This document shows, one piece after another, positions 49,045 to 63,159 of a stretch of 64,000 nucleotides of DNA; position 1 is the first letter of the stretch; every line of letters starts with the position of its first letter. The stretch lies in the NCBI RefSeq assembly GCF_003334785.1, contig NZ_QOWV01000003.1; one strand, 5' to 3'. A program made the translations under genes and the position numbers. The stretch is from Escherichia coli (GTDB lineage Bacteria; Pseudomonadota; Gammaproteobacteria; Enterobacterales; Enterobacteriaceae). The notes beneath the pieces are model-generated. The model saw only the letters and a list, made by a program, of their open reading frames with translations, did not search any database and was not told the DNA's origin.

Positions 49045-50097
49045 TCAGTCATCCGTATCAGAAAAGTTTTTACGCGTTTTTACCTGCGCCATGCTTTCCA
49101 GAATACGGTGATAGTTTTCGAAACGGGTTTCCGCGATTTTCCCTTCCTCAACCGCTTCCCGGATAGCGCAGCCCGGATCGGTATCGTGTTTGCAATCGCG
49201 ATATTTACACAGACCTAAATAGTCATGGAATTCGACAAAGCCCTGAGTGATTTGTTCCGGCTCCAGGTGCCAGAGGCCGAACTCACGCACTCCTGGGGAG
49301 TCAATCACATCACCGCCGTGCGGGAAGTGATACAGCCGAGCGGCGGTCGTGGTGTGCTGACCGAGCCCCGAGTTGTCAGAGATATCGTTGGTCAGGATCT
49401 CTTTTTGCAGCCCCAGCAACGCATTCAGCAGGCTGGATTTGCCGACGCCAGACTGCCCGGCAAAAATGCTGATGCGCCCGGTCAACGCCTCTTCCAGCGG
49501 TTTTAGCCCATCCTGAGTATGGCTGGAAACCATCAATACGCGATAACCGATATTGCGGTAGATATCCATCTGCTCGTTGACGAACGCCATGCCTTCGTCG
49601 TCCAGCAGGTCTATCTTGTTGAGCACAATAATCGGCTCAATCTGCAAGGTTTCGCAGGCCACCAGGTAACGGTCGATAATATTGAGCGACAGCTCCGGCA
49701 AAATGGCGGAGACAATGACAATCTGGTCGATGTTGGCGGCAATAGGTTTTACGCCGTCGTAGAAATCCGGACGCGTCAACACCGAGGTACGCTCATGCAC
49801 CGCTTCCACGATCCCTTTGACATTTACGCCTTCCGCCGCCGGTTTACCCGGACGCCAGACTACGCGGTCGCCGGTTACCAGCGAACGGATGGTACGGCGA
49901 ATATTGCAGCGGTGAACGTCGCCATCGGCGGATTCCACATCAGCGTGCATACCAAAGCGGCTGATGACGATACCTTCATCAGGCTCGCCAAACAGATTGT
50001 CGTCGTAGTCGGGCTTCTCCTTAGACGTTTTAAGACGACGCTGGTGATTGGCGTTCACGCGGCGCTGCTGGCCTTTGGAGAGTTTATTTTTACTCAA
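49045..50097 (-). CDS. rsgA: ribosome small-subunit biogenesis GTPase RsgA
   Basis: ORF 49045..50130; start set at TTG (50095-50097) with ggag RBS, giving (M)[20 protein letters not shown] (350 aa); P-loop GQSGVGKSS. Confidence 0.88.
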
Positions 50098-50191
50098 TCG
50101 TACAGACTCCTGGTCGCCCCTGATGGGCAAAACATCTATGATACACGCAATTGTGGATCAATATAGTCACTGTGAATGGGTGGAAAATAGC

Positions 50192-50737
50192 ATGAGTGCC
50201 AATGAAAACAACCTGATTTGGATCGATCTTGAGATGACCGGTCTGGATCCCGAGCGCGATCGCATTATTGAGATTGCCACGCTGGTGACCGATGCCAACC
50301 TGAATATTCTGGCAGAAGGGCCGACCATTGCAGTACACCAGTCTGATGAACAGCTGGCGCTGATGGATGACTGGAACGTGCGCACCCATACCGCCAGCGG
50401 GCTGGTAGAGCGCGTGAAAGCGAGCACGATGGGCGATCGGGAAGCTGAACTGGCAACGCTCGAATTTTTAAAACAGTGGGTGCCTGCGGGAAAATCGCCG
50501 ATTTGCGGTAACAGCATCGGTCAGGACCGTCGTTTCCTGTTTAAATACATGCCGGAGCTGGAAGCCTACTTCCACTACCGTTATCTCGATGTCAGCACCC
50601 TGAAAGAGCTGGCGCGCCGCTGGAAGCCGGAAATTCTGGATGGTTTTACCAAGCAGGGGACGCATCAGGCGATGGATGATATCCGTGAATCGGTGGCGGA
50701 GCTGGCTTACTACCGCGAGCATTTTATCAAGCTGTAA
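50192..50737 (+). CDS. orn: oligoribonuclease
   Basis: ORF 50048..50737; start moved to [29 protein letters not shown] (181 aa); DEDDh exonuclease. Confidence 0.92.
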
Positions 50738-50947
50738 AATTTTTCCTGGTCACGTAAGCGCCGGAATCCACTTGCGGCGGCGTGATTTTGACGCTAAATT
50801 GAACGTCTTGCTGATAATTTCAGCACTTGAGATAAAAACGCAAAAAAAACTTTTTTGGGGGGTTGCAGAGGGAAAGATTTCTCGTATAATGCGCCTCCCG
50901 TAACGACGCAGAAATGCGAAAATTACGAAAGCAAAATTAAGTAGTAC

Positions 50948-51023
<76 letters not shown>

Positions 51024-51058
51024 AAATTTGAAAGTGCTGTAAGGCACAGACCACCCAA

Positions 51059-51134
<76 letters not shown>

Positions 51135-51149
51135 AATTCTTCTCTCAAT

Positions 51150-51403
51150 AAAATATCCACAGCGACGCGATGCGTTATTGCTGGTTTTTGTTGTCTCTGA
51201 CAAACTCTTGTAAACAGAGTTATCCACAGCCTCAGGCTGTAATCTTAATTTCAAAGAAACTTCGCACGGTGAATAGTATTTTTTTAACCTATTGATAGAT
51301 AAGTTAAAAATTAAGATTCCGTTTTGTCGAGTCGATCACTTGACGATTTTATTCGTCTTGAATTGCAATGCGTTTTTATTTTTATTCACAAGCTGTGGAT
51401 GAA
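51150..51403. promoter_or_regulatory. datA: DnaA-box cluster with IHF-like site (datA-like DnaA titration locus)
   Basis: 9-mers ATATCCACA (51153-51161), TTATCCACA (51220-51228), TTATTCACA (51382-51390) and inverted TCATCCACA (51394-51402); IHF-like TATCAATAGGTTA on the minus strand near 51286-51298. Confidence 0.6.
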
Positions 51404-52541
51404 TCAGGCGTCACGCGGTAACCCTTTTTCAATCACCCGAACCAGACGCTGTTTTTTCGGCAATTGCACTTCGACTATGCACGCATTTCGTCTCTCTATT
51501 TGCTGCGCAATCGCCCACGCTATGTGCTCATCGAGAAGTGGGTGCTCACCTTTACGACTTTCCAGCGCTGTCAAAATCGTTTCATCCCAAGGGGCATTGC
51601 CTAATGCTACGGCGATATTACGCAGCCAACGCAGGTGACCAATACGACGAATCGCCGATCCTTCCGTGACTTTTAAAAACTTCTCTTCGCTCCAGGCGAA
51701 TAACTCAATGAGTTCCGGTGCGTGTAGCGGCTTACGCGGGCTGAAATCCTCTTCTGTGGTGAGTTGTGAATAGCGATTCCACGGGCAGATAAGCTGGCAG
51801 TCATCGCAACCGTAAATACGGTTTCCCATTAACGGTCGCAACTCTTCCGGGATCGCCCCTTCAAGTTCGATGGTGAGATAAGAGATACAGCGGCGAGCAT
51901 CGACGGTATATGGCTCGACGATGGCACCGGTCGGGCAAATCGTCATACAGGCCACGCATTTGCCGCATCCTTCCTCGACTGGTTGATCCACGGGCAGCGG
52001 AATATCGACCAGCAATTCGCCTAAAAAGAAGAACGAACCGGCCTCGCGATTGAGGATAAGTGAGTGCTTACCTGTCCAGCCGAGCCCAGCTTTTTCAGCT
52101 AACGGGCGCTCGAGAATAGGCGCAGAATCGACAAACGGTCTAAAATTCAGCGAAACACAATGTTGCTGAATCATCTCGCCCAGCTTTTTGAGTCGGTTGC
52201 GCAGAAGTTTGTGATAGTCACGGCCCAGCGCATAACGGCTAACATAGCCGAGTTTGGGGTTTTTCAGCGTGCTGGCAAATGCGGCGTTAGCAGGAAGGTA
52301 ATTCATCCGCACGCTGATCACGCGCAGCGTACCGGGCAATAACTCATGAGGGCGAGCGCGCAGCATACCGTGACGTGCCATCCAGTCCATTTCGCCGTGG
52401 TATTGTTTGTCCAGCCATGCTTGCAGTTTGGGCTCGGACTCGCTGAGATCGGTATCGGTAATACCTACCTGCTGAAAGCCCAGTTCCAGCCCCCACTGTT
52501 TAATTTTTTGCGCTAACTGATTGAGATCGAGGGGCTCTGAC

Positions 52542-52543
<2 letters not shown>
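51404..52543 (-). CDS. queG: epoxyqueuosine reductase (cobalamin/Fe-S)
   Basis: ORF 51404..52651; start moved to MSEPLDLNQLAQKIKQWGLELGFQQVG (379 aa); two 4Fe-4S ferredoxin motifs (CGKCVACMTICP, CDDCQLICP). Confidence 0.9.
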
Positions 52544-54522
<1,979 letters not shown>

Positions 54523-54540
54523 CCTTTGAAAGGTGGCGGG

Positions 54541-55878
54541 ATGATGTATCGCATCAGAAATTGGTTGGTAGCGACGCTGCTGCTGCTGTGCACGCCGGTG
54601 GGTGCCGCGACGCTCTCTGATATTCAGGTTTCTAACGGTAATCAACAGGCGCGGATAACGTTGAGTTTTATTGGCGATCCTGATTATGCGTTTAGCCATC
54701 AAAGCAAACGCACCGTGGCGCTCGATATCAAACAAACGGGCGTGATTCAGGGACTGCCGTTGTTGTTCAGCGGCAATAATCTGGTGAAGGCGATTCGCTC
54801 TGGAACGCCTAAAGATGCACAAACGCTACGGCTGGTGGTCGATCTTACCGAAAACGGTAAAACCGAAGCGGTGAAGCGGCAGAATGGCAGCAATTACACT
54901 GTCGTCTTTACGATTAACGCCGATGTGCCGCCACCGCCTCCTCCGCCGCCCGTGGTTGCGAAACGCGTTGAAACGCCTGCGGTTGTCGCACCGCGCGTCA
55001 GCGAACCGGCGCGCAATCCGTTTAAAACGGAAAGTAACCGCACTACGGGTGTTATCAGCAGTAATACGGTAACGCGTCCGGCAGCGCGCGCGACGGCTAA
55101 CACTGGCGATAAAATTATCATCGCTATTGATGCCGGACACGGCGGTCAGGACCCTGGCGCTATCGGCCCCGGTGGTACGCGGGAGAAAAATGTCACCATC
55201 GCCATCGCGCGTAAATTGCGTACTTTGCTCAATGACGATCCGATGTTTAAAGGCGTTTTAACCCGTGACGGGGATTACTTTATCTCGGTGATGGGGCGCA
55301 GTGATGTGGCACGTAAGCAAAACGCCAATTTCCTCGTGTCGATTCACGCTGATGCCGCACCGAACCGCAGTGCGACTGGCGCTTCCGTATGGGTGCTCTC
55401 TAACCGTCGCGCCAACAGTGAAATGGCCAGCTGGCTGGAGCAGCACGAGAAACAGTCGGAGCTGCTGGGTGGGGCGGGTGATGTGCTGGCGAACAGTCAG
55501 TCTGACCCCTATTTAAGCCAGGCGGTGCTGGATTTACAGTTCGGTCATTCCCAGCGGGTAGGGTATGATGTAGCGACCAGTATGATCAGTCAGTTGCAAC
55601 GCATTGGCGAAATACATAAACGTCGACCAGAACACGCCAGCCTTGGCGTTCTGCGCTCGCCGGATATCCCATCAGTACTGGTCGAAACCGGTTTTATCAG
55701 CAACAACAGCGAAGAACGTTTGCTGGCGAGCGACGATTACCAACAACAGCTGGCAGAAGCCATTTACAAAGGCCTGCGCAATTACTTCCTTGCGCATCCG
55801 ATGCAATCTGCGCCGCAGGGTGCAACGGCACAAACTGCCAGTACGGTGACGACGCCAGATCGCACGCTGCCAAACTAA
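54541..55878 (+). CDS. amiB: N-acetylmuramoyl-L-alanine amidase AmiB
   Basis: ORF 54526..55878; start at [28 protein letters not shown] (445 aa); Amidase_3 domain; eight consecutive Pro. Confidence 0.93.
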
Positions 55879-55887
55879 GGACGATTG

Positions 55888-57735
55888 ATGCCAATTCAGG
55901 TCTTACCGCCACAACTGGCGAACCAGATTGCCGCAGGTGAGGTGGTCGAGCGACCTGCGTCGGTAGTCAAAGAACTAGTGGAAAACAGCCTCGATGCAGG
56001 TGCGACGCGTATCGATATTGATATCGAACGCGGTGGGGCGAAACTTATCCGCATTCGTGATAACGGCTGCGGTATCAAAAAAGATGAGCTGGCGCTGGCG
56101 CTGGCTCGTCATGCCACCAGTAAAATCGCCTCTCTGGACGATCTCGAAGCCATTATCAGCCTGGGCTTTCGCGGTGAGGCGCTGGCGAGTATCAGTTCGG
56201 TTTCCCGCCTGACGCTCACTTCACGCACCGCAGAACAGCAGGAAGCCTGGCAGGCCTATGCCGAAGGGCGCGATATGAACGTGACGGTAAAACCGGCGGC
56301 GCATCCTGTGGGGACGACGCTGGAGGTGCTGGATCTGTTCTACAACACCCCGGCGCGGCGCAAATTCCTGCGCACCGAGAAAACCGAATTTAACCACATT
56401 GATGAGATCATCCGCCGCATTGCGCTGGCGCGTTTCGACGTCACGATCAACCTGTCGCATAACGGTAAAATTGTGCGTCAGTACCGCGCAGTGCCGGAAG
56501 GCGGGCAAAAAGAACGGCGCTTAGGCGCGATTTGCGGCACCGCTTTTCTTGAACAAGCGCTGGCGATTGAATGGCAACACGGCGATCTCACGCTACGCGG
56601 CTGGGTGGCCGATCCAAATCACACCACGCCCGCACTGGCAGAAATTCAGTATTGCTACGTGAACGGTCGCATGATGCGCGATCGCCTGATCAATCACGCG
56701 ATCCGCCAGGCCTGCGAAGACAAACTGGGGGCCGATCAGCAACCGGCATTTGTGTTGTATCTGGAGATCGACCCACATCAGGTGGACGTCAACGTGCACC
56801 CCGCCAAACACGAAGTGCGTTTCCATCAGTCGCGTCTGGTGCATGATTTTATCTATCAGGGCGTGCTGAGCGTGCTACAACAGCAACTGGAAACGCCGCT
56901 ACCGCTGGACGATGAACCCCAACCTGCACCGCGTTCCATTCCGGAAAACCGCGTGGCGGCGGGGCGCAATCACTTTGCAGAACCGGCAGCTCGTGAGCCG
57001 GTAGCTCCGCGCTACACTCCTGCGCCAGCATCAGGCAGTCGTCCGGCTGCCCCCTGGCCGAATGCGCAGCCAGGCTACCAGAAACAGCAAGGTGAAGTGT
57101 ATCGCCAGCTTTTGCAAACGCCCGCGCCGATGCAAAAATTAAAAGCGCCGGAACCGCAGGAACCTGCACTTGCGGCGAACAGTCAGAGTTTTGGTCGGGT
57201 ACTGACTATCGTCCATTCCGACTGTGCGTTGCTGGAGCGCGACGGCAACATTTCACTTTTATCCTTGCCAGTGGCAGAACGTTGGCTGCGTCAGGCACAA
57301 TTGACGCCGGGTGAAGCGCCCGTTTGCGCCCAGCCGCTGCTGATTCCGTTGCGGCTAAAAGTTTCTGCCGAAGAAAAATCGGCATTAGAAAAAGCGCAGT
57401 CTGCCCTAGCGGAATTGGGTATTGATTTCCAGTCAGATGCACAGCATGTGACCATCAGGGCAGTGCCTTTACCCTTACGCCAACAAAATTTACAAATCTT
57501 GATTCCTGAACTGATAGGCTACCTGGCGAAGCAGTCCGTATTCGAACCTGGCAATATTGCGCAGTGGATTGCACGAAATCTGATGAGCGAACATGCGCAG
57601 TGGTCAATGGCACAGGCCATAACCCTGCTGGCGGACGTGGAACGGTTATGTCCGCAACTTGTGAAAACGCCGCCGGGTGGTCTGTTACAATCTGTTGATT
57701 TACATCCGGCGATAAAAGCCCTGAAAGATGAGTGA
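55888..57735 (+). CDS. mutL: DNA mismatch repair protein MutL
   Basis: 615-aa protein [40 protein letters not shown] (GHKL ATPase); aagga RBS. Confidence 0.96.
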
Positions 57736-58678
57736 TATCAGTAAGGCGAGCCTGCCTAAGGCGATTTTTTTGATGGGGCCGACGGCCTCCGGTAAAACGG
57801 CGTTAGCCATTGAGCTGCGTAAAATTTTACCAGTAGAGTTGATAAGCGTTGATTCTGCCCTTATTTACAAAGGGATGGATATCGGGACGGCGAAGCCGAA
57901 CGCTGAAGAGTTACTCGCCGCGCCGCACCGATTGCTGGATATTCGCGATCCGTCGCAGGCTTACTCGGCTGCTGATTTTCGCCGCGATGCGCTGGCGGAA
58001 ATGGCCGATATCACCGCGGCGGGGCGGATCCCACTGTTAGTGGGCGGTACGATGTTGTATTTCAAGGCATTGCTGGAAGGGTTGTCGCCGCTACCGTCGG
58101 CAGACCCGGAAGTACGGGCCAGAATTGAGCAACAGGCGGCAGAGCAAGGTTGGGAGTCATTGCATCGTCAACTTCAGGAGGTAGATCCGGTTGCGGCAGC
58201 AAGGATTCATCCAAATGATCCACAAAGGCTTTCCCGGGCACTGGAAGTTTTTTTCATTTCGGGTAAAACTTTAACGGAACTGACGCAAACGTCAGGAGAC
58301 GCTCTACCGTATCAGGTGCATCAGTTCGCCATCGCCCCGGCGAGCCGTGAACTGCTCCATCAACGCATTGAGCAGCGTTTTCATCAGATGTTGGCTTCAG
58401 GTTTTGAAGCAGAAGTCCGGGCGCTTTTTGCCCGAGGAGATTTGCATACGGACTTGCCTTCCATTCGTTGCGTGGGTTATCGCCAGATGTGGTCTTACCT
58501 TGAAGGCGAAATCTCATACGATGAAATGGTTTATCGAGGTGTTTGCGCCACGAGACAGTTGGCGAAGCGGCAGATAACCTGGCTGCGTGGTTGGGAAGGG
58601 GTTCACTGGCTTGACAGTGAAAAACCAGAACAGGCGCGTGACGAAGTATTACAGGTTGTTGGTGCTATCGCAGGCTGA
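57728..58678 (+). CDS. miaA: tRNA dimethylallyltransferase
   Basis: 316-aa [33 protein letters not shown] (P-loop); 8-nt overlap with mutL. Confidence 0.95.
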
Positions 58679-58751
58679 ATGTGTACAATTGAGACGTATC
58701 GTGCGCAATTTTTTCAGAATCGAAAGGTTCAAAGTACAAATAAGCATATAA

Positions 58752-59091
<340 letters not shown>

Positions 59092-59147
59092 ACACGGGGA
59101 GCCAGCGATCCTGCGTTCCCCGCTGATCTATTTAGAGGGTTATACGC

Positions 59148-60428
59148 TTGTTTGACCGTTATGATGCTGGTGAGCAGGCGGTACTGGTACACATCTATTT
59201 TACGCAAGACAAAGATATGGAAGACCTCCAGGAGTTTGAATCTCTGGTCTCTTCCGCCGGTGTCGAAGCATTGCAGGTGATTACCGGTAGCCGTAAAGCG
59301 CCGCACCCAAAGTATTTTGTAGGTGAAGGTAAAGCAGTTGAAATTGCGGAAGCTGTCAAAGCGACGGGTGCTTCGGTCGTTCTTTTTGACCATGCCCTGA
59401 GCCCGGCGCAAGAGCGTAACCTGGAGCGTTTGTGCGAGTGTCGTGTTATCGACCGCACCGGCCTTATTTTAGATATTTTCGCCCAACGTGCGCGTACCCA
59501 TGAGGGTAAGTTGCAGGTTGAGCTGGCGCAGCTGCGCCATCTGGCTACGCGCCTGGTGCGTGGCTGGACCCACCTTGAAAGACAGAAAGGCGGGATAGGT
59601 TTGCGTGGTCCGGGTGAAACCCAGCTCGAAACCGACCGTCGTTTGTTGCGTAATCGCATCGTGCAGATACAGTCGCGCCTGGAAAGAGTTGAAAAGCAGC
59701 GTGAGCAGGGGCGGCAATCGCGTATCAAAGCCGACGTTCCTACTGTTTCGCTGGTGGGATATACCAACGCCGGTAAATCTACCCTTTTCAATCGCATCAC
59801 CGAAGCGCGGGTCTACGCGGCAGACCAGTTGTTTGCCACCCTCGACCCGACGTTGCGGCGTATTGACGTTGCAGATGTCGGTGAAACCGTACTTGCAGAT
59901 ACCGTAGGGTTTATTCGCCACCTGCCGCACGATCTGGTGGCGGCATTTAAAGCCACGTTACAAGAGACGCGGCAAGCCACATTACTGCTGCACGTCATTG
60001 ATGCGGCGGATGTGCGTGTACAAGAAAACATCGAAGCGGTGAATACGGTTCTTGAAGAGATCGACGCTCACGAGATCCCAACCCTGCTGGTGATGAACAA
60101 GATCGATATGCTGGAAGATTTCGAACCGCGTATTGATCGGGACGAAGAGAACAAACCGATCCGTGTCTGGCTTTCCGCACAGACCGGAGCGGGGATACCA
60201 CAGCTTTTTCAGGCTTTGACGGAGCGGCTTTCCGGCGAGGTGGCGCAGCATACATTGCGTCTGCCACCGCAGGAAGGGCGTCTGAGAAGTCGTTTTTATC
60301 AGCTTCAGGCAATAGAAAAAGAGTGGATGGAGGAGGACGGCAGCGTAAGTCTGCAAGTTCGTATGCCGATCGTTGACTGGCGTCGTCTCTGTAAACAAGA
60401 ACCGGCGTTGATCGATTACCTGATCTAA
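59148..60428 (+). CDS. hflX: ribosome-associated GTPase HflX
   Basis: 426-aa ORF (TTG start) [34 protein letters not shown]...; G-domain GYTNAGKST. Confidence 0.93.
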   Translation: MFDRYDAGEQAVLVHIYFTQDKDMEDLQEFESLVSSAGVEALQVITGSRKAPHPKYFVGEGKAVEIAEAVKATGASVVLFDHALSPAQERNLERLCECRVIDRTGLILDIFAQRARTHEGKLQVELAQLRHLATRLVRGWTHLERQKGGIGLRGPGETQLETDRRLLRNRIVQIQSRLERVEKQREQGRQSRIKADVPTVSLVGYTNAGKSTLFNRITEARVYAADQLFATLDPTLRRIDVADVGETVLADTVGFIRHLPHDLVAAFKATLQETRQATLLLHVIDAADVRVQENIEAVNTVLEEIDAHEIPTLLVMNKIDMLEDFEPRIDRDEENKPIRVWLSAQTGAGIPQLFQALTERLSGEVAQHTLRLPPQEGRLRSRFYQLQAIEKEWMEEDGSVSLQVRMPIVDWRRLCKQEPALIDYLI

Positions 60429-60513
60429 CGGCGTAGCGTCTGAAGCGTGGAGTCATATCCTCTGGCGTCGAAAGACAACAGGGATCACCGCATAACAAAT
60501 ATGGAGCACAAAC

Positions 60514-61773
60514 ATGGCGTGGAATCAGCCCGGTAATAACGGACAAGACCGCGACCCGTGGGGAAGCAGCAAACCTGGCGGCAACTCTGAGGGAAATGGA
60601 AACAAAGGCGGTCGCGATCAAGGGCCACCTGATTTAGATGATATCTTCCGCAAACTGAGCAAAAAGCTCGGTGGTCTGGGCGGCGGTAAAGGCACCGGAT
60701 CTGGCGGTGGCAGTTCATCGCAAGGCCCGCGCCCGCAGCTTGGCGGTCGTGTCGTTACCATCGCAGCGGCAGCGATTGTCATTATCTGGGCGGCCAGTGG
60801 TTTCTATACCATTAAAGAAGCCGAACGCGGCGTGGTAACACGCTTTGGTAAATTCAGCCATCTGGTTGAGCCGGGTCTGAACTGGAAACCGACGTTTATC
60901 GACGAAGTCAAACCGGTGAACGTGGAAGCCGTGCGTGAACTGGCCGCTTCTGGTGTGATGCTGACGTCGGACGAGAACGTAGTGCGCGTTGAGATGAACG
61001 TGCAGTACCGCGTCACCAATCCGGAAAAATATCTGTATAGCGTGACCAGCCCGGATGACAGCCTGCGTCAGGCTACCGACAGCGCCCTGCGTGGAGTTAT
61101 CGGTAAATACACCATGGACCGCATTCTGACGGAAGGTCGTACCGTGATTCGTAGCGATACTCAGCGCGAACTGGAAGAGACGATTCGTCCGTATGACATG
61201 GGTATCACGCTGCTGGACGTCAACTTCCAGGCTGCTCGTCCGCCGGAAGAAGTAAAAGCGGCGTTTGACGATGCGATTGCCGCGCGTGAAAACGAACAGC
61301 AATACATTCGTGAAGCAGAAGCGTATACCAACGAAGTTCAGCCGCGTGCGAACGGTCAGGCGCAACGTATCCTCGAAGAGGCGCGTGCGTACAAGGCCCA
61401 GACCATCCTGGAAGCTCAGGGTGAAGTGGCGCGCTTTGCTAAACTTCTGCCGGAATATAAAGCCGCGCCGGAAATTACTCGCGAGCGTCTGTATATCGAG
61501 ACGATGGAAAAAGTGTTGGGTAACACCCGCAAAGTGCTGGTTAACGATAAAGGTGGCAACCTGATGGTTCTGCCGTTAGACCAGATGCTGAAAGGTGGTA
61601 ACGCCCCTGCGGCGAAGAGCGATAACGGTGCCAGCAATCTGCTGCGTCTGCCGCCAGCCTCTTCCTCCACAACCAGTGGAGCAAGCAACACGTCGTCCAC
61701 CAGTCAGGGCGATATTATGGACCAACGCCGCGCCAACGCGCAGCGTAACGACTACCAGCGTCAGGGGGAATAA
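60514..61773 (+). CDS. hflK: FtsH modulator HflK (SPFH/band-7)
   Basis: 419-aa ORF MAWNQPGNNGQDRDPWGSSKPGGNSEGNGN... with Gly-rich N-terminus, single TM and SPFH domain. Confidence 0.95.
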   Translation: MAWNQPGNNGQDRDPWGSSKPGGNSEGNGNKGGRDQGPPDLDDIFRKLSKKLGGLGGGKGTGSGGGSSSQGPRPQLGGRVVTIAAAAIVIIWAASGFYTIKEAERGVVTRFGKFSHLVEPGLNWKPTFIDEVKPVNVEAVRELAASGVMLTSDENVVRVEMNVQYRVTNPEKYLYSVTSPDDSLRQATDSALRGVIGKYTMDRILTEGRTVIRSDTQRELEETIRPYDMGITLLDVNFQAARPPEEVKAAFDDAIAARENEQQYIREAEAYTNEVQPRANGQAQRILEEARAYKAQTILEAQGEVARFAKLLPEYKAAPEITRERLYIETMEKVLGNTRKVLVNDKGGNLMVLPLDQMLKGGNAPAAKSDNGASNLLRLPPASSSTTSGASNTSSTSQGDIMDQRRANAQRNDYQRQGE

Positions 61774-61775
61774 CG

Positions 61776-62780
61776 ATGCGTAAGTCAGTTATCGCGATTA
61801 TCATCATCGTGCTGGTAGTGCTTTACATGTCTGTCTTTGTCGTCAAAGAAGGTGAGCGCGGTATTACGCTGCGTTTTGGTAAGGTACTGCGTGACGATGA
61901 CAACAAACCTCTGGTTTATGAGCCGGGTCTGCATTTCAAGATACCGTTCATTGAAACGGTGAAAATGCTCGACGCACGTATTCAGACCATGGACAACCAG
62001 GCCGACCGCTTTGTGACCAAAGAGAAGAAAGACCTGATCGTCGACTCTTACATCAAATGGCGCATCAGCGATTTCAGCCGTTACTACCTGGCAACGGGTG
62101 GTGGCGACATTTCGCAAGCGGAAGTGCTGTTGAAACGTAAGTTCTCTGACCGTCTGCGTTCTGAAATTGGTCGCCTGGACGTGAAAGATATCGTCACCGA
62201 TTCCCGTGGTCGTCTGACCCTCGAAGTACGTGACGCGCTGAACTCCGGTTCTGCGGGTACAGAAGATGAAGTTACTACCCCGGCGGCAGATAACGCCATT
62301 GCCGAAGCGGCAGAGCGCGTAACGGCTGAGACGAAGGGCAAAGTTCCGGTCATCAACCCGAACAGTATGGCGGCGCTGGGTATTGAAGTTGTCGATGTGC
62401 GTATCAAGCAGATCAACCTGCCGACCGAAGTGTCTGAAGCGATCTACAACCGTATGCGCGCCGAGCGTGAAGCGGTAGCGCGTCGTCACCGTTCACAAGG
62501 TCAGGAAGAAGCGGAAAAACTGCGCGCGACTGCCGACTATGAAGTGACCAGAACGCTGGCAGAAGCTGAGCGTCAGGGCCGCATCATGCGTGGTGAAGGC
62601 GATGCCGAAGCAGCCAAACTGTTTGCTGATGCATTCAGTAAAGATCCGGACTTCTACGCATTCATCCGTAGCCTGCGTGCTTATGAGAACAGCTTCTCTG
62701 GCAATCAGGACGTGATGGTCATGAGCCCGGATAGCGATTTCTTCCGCTACATGAAGACGCCGACTTCCGCAACGCGTTAA
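61776..62780 (+). CDS. hflC: FtsH modulator HflC (SPFH/band-7)
   Basis: 334-aa ORF MRKSVIAIIIIVLVVLYMSVFVVKEGERGITLRFGKV...; 2 nt downstream of hflK. Confidence 0.95.
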   Translation: MRKSVIAIIIIVLVVLYMSVFVVKEGERGITLRFGKVLRDDDNKPLVYEPGLHFKIPFIETVKMLDARIQTMDNQADRFVTKEKKDLIVDSYIKWRISDFSRYYLATGGGDISQAEVLLKRKFSDRLRSEIGRLDVKDIVTDSRGRLTLEVRDALNSGSAGTEDEVTTPAADNAIAEAAERVTAETKGKVPVINPNSMAALGIEVVDVRIKQINLPTEVSEAIYNRMRAEREAVARRHRSQGQEEAEKLRATADYEVTRTLAEAERQGRIMRGEGDAEAAKLFADAFSKDPDFYAFIRSLRAYENSFSGNQDVMVMSPDSDFFRYMKTPTSATR

Positions 62781-62805
62781 TATAACGACTGCGGTACAGG
62801 TCAAT

Positions 62806-62848
62806 AAAGCCACCGCATCCTCAGGGATGTCGGTGGTTTTCTTTTTCT
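62806..62848 (+). terminator. hflKC rho-independent terminator
   Basis: gccaccg-catcctcagggatgt-cggtggt hairpin followed by tttctttttc. Confidence 0.65.
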
Positions 62849-62861
62849 ATAAGGATAATGA

Positions 62862-63059
62862 ATGAATTCGACAATCTGGCTGGCGCTTGCCCTGGTTTTG
62901 GTACTGGAAGGTTTAGGGCCGATGCTTTACCCGAAGGCATGGAAGAAGATGATCTCTGCGATGACCAATTTGCCCGATAATATTTTACGTCGTTTTGGCG
63001 GTGGACTTGTGGTTGCGGGCGTTGTGGTCTACTACATGTTGAGGAAAACGATTGGCTGA
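62862..63059 (+). CDS. yjeT: small membrane protein (DUF2065)
   Basis: 65-aa ORF MNSTIWLALALVLVLEGLGPMLYPKAWKKMISAMTNLPDNILRRFGGGLVVAGVVVYYMLRKTIG; aagga RBS; two hydrophobic segments. Confidence 0.8.
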   Translation: MNSTIWLALALVLVLEGLGPMLYPKAWKKMISAMTNLPDNILRRFGGGLVVAGVVVYYMLRKTIG

Positions 63060-63159
63060 ACAAAAAACAGACTGATCGAGGTCATTTTTGAGTGCAAAAA
63101 GTGCTGTAACTCTGAAAAAGCGATGGTAGAATCCATTTTTAAGCAAACGGTGATTTTGA

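Noticed and set aside
51135-51403. Searched for a third tRNA-Gly copy downstream of the second
   Set aside because: No tRNA-like sequence present; the interval instead carries DnaA-box 9-mers (reported as datA-like)
60715-62489. Minus-strand ORFs of 216 and 234 aa antisense to hflK and hflC
   Set aside because: Antisense shadows inside confidently identified genes
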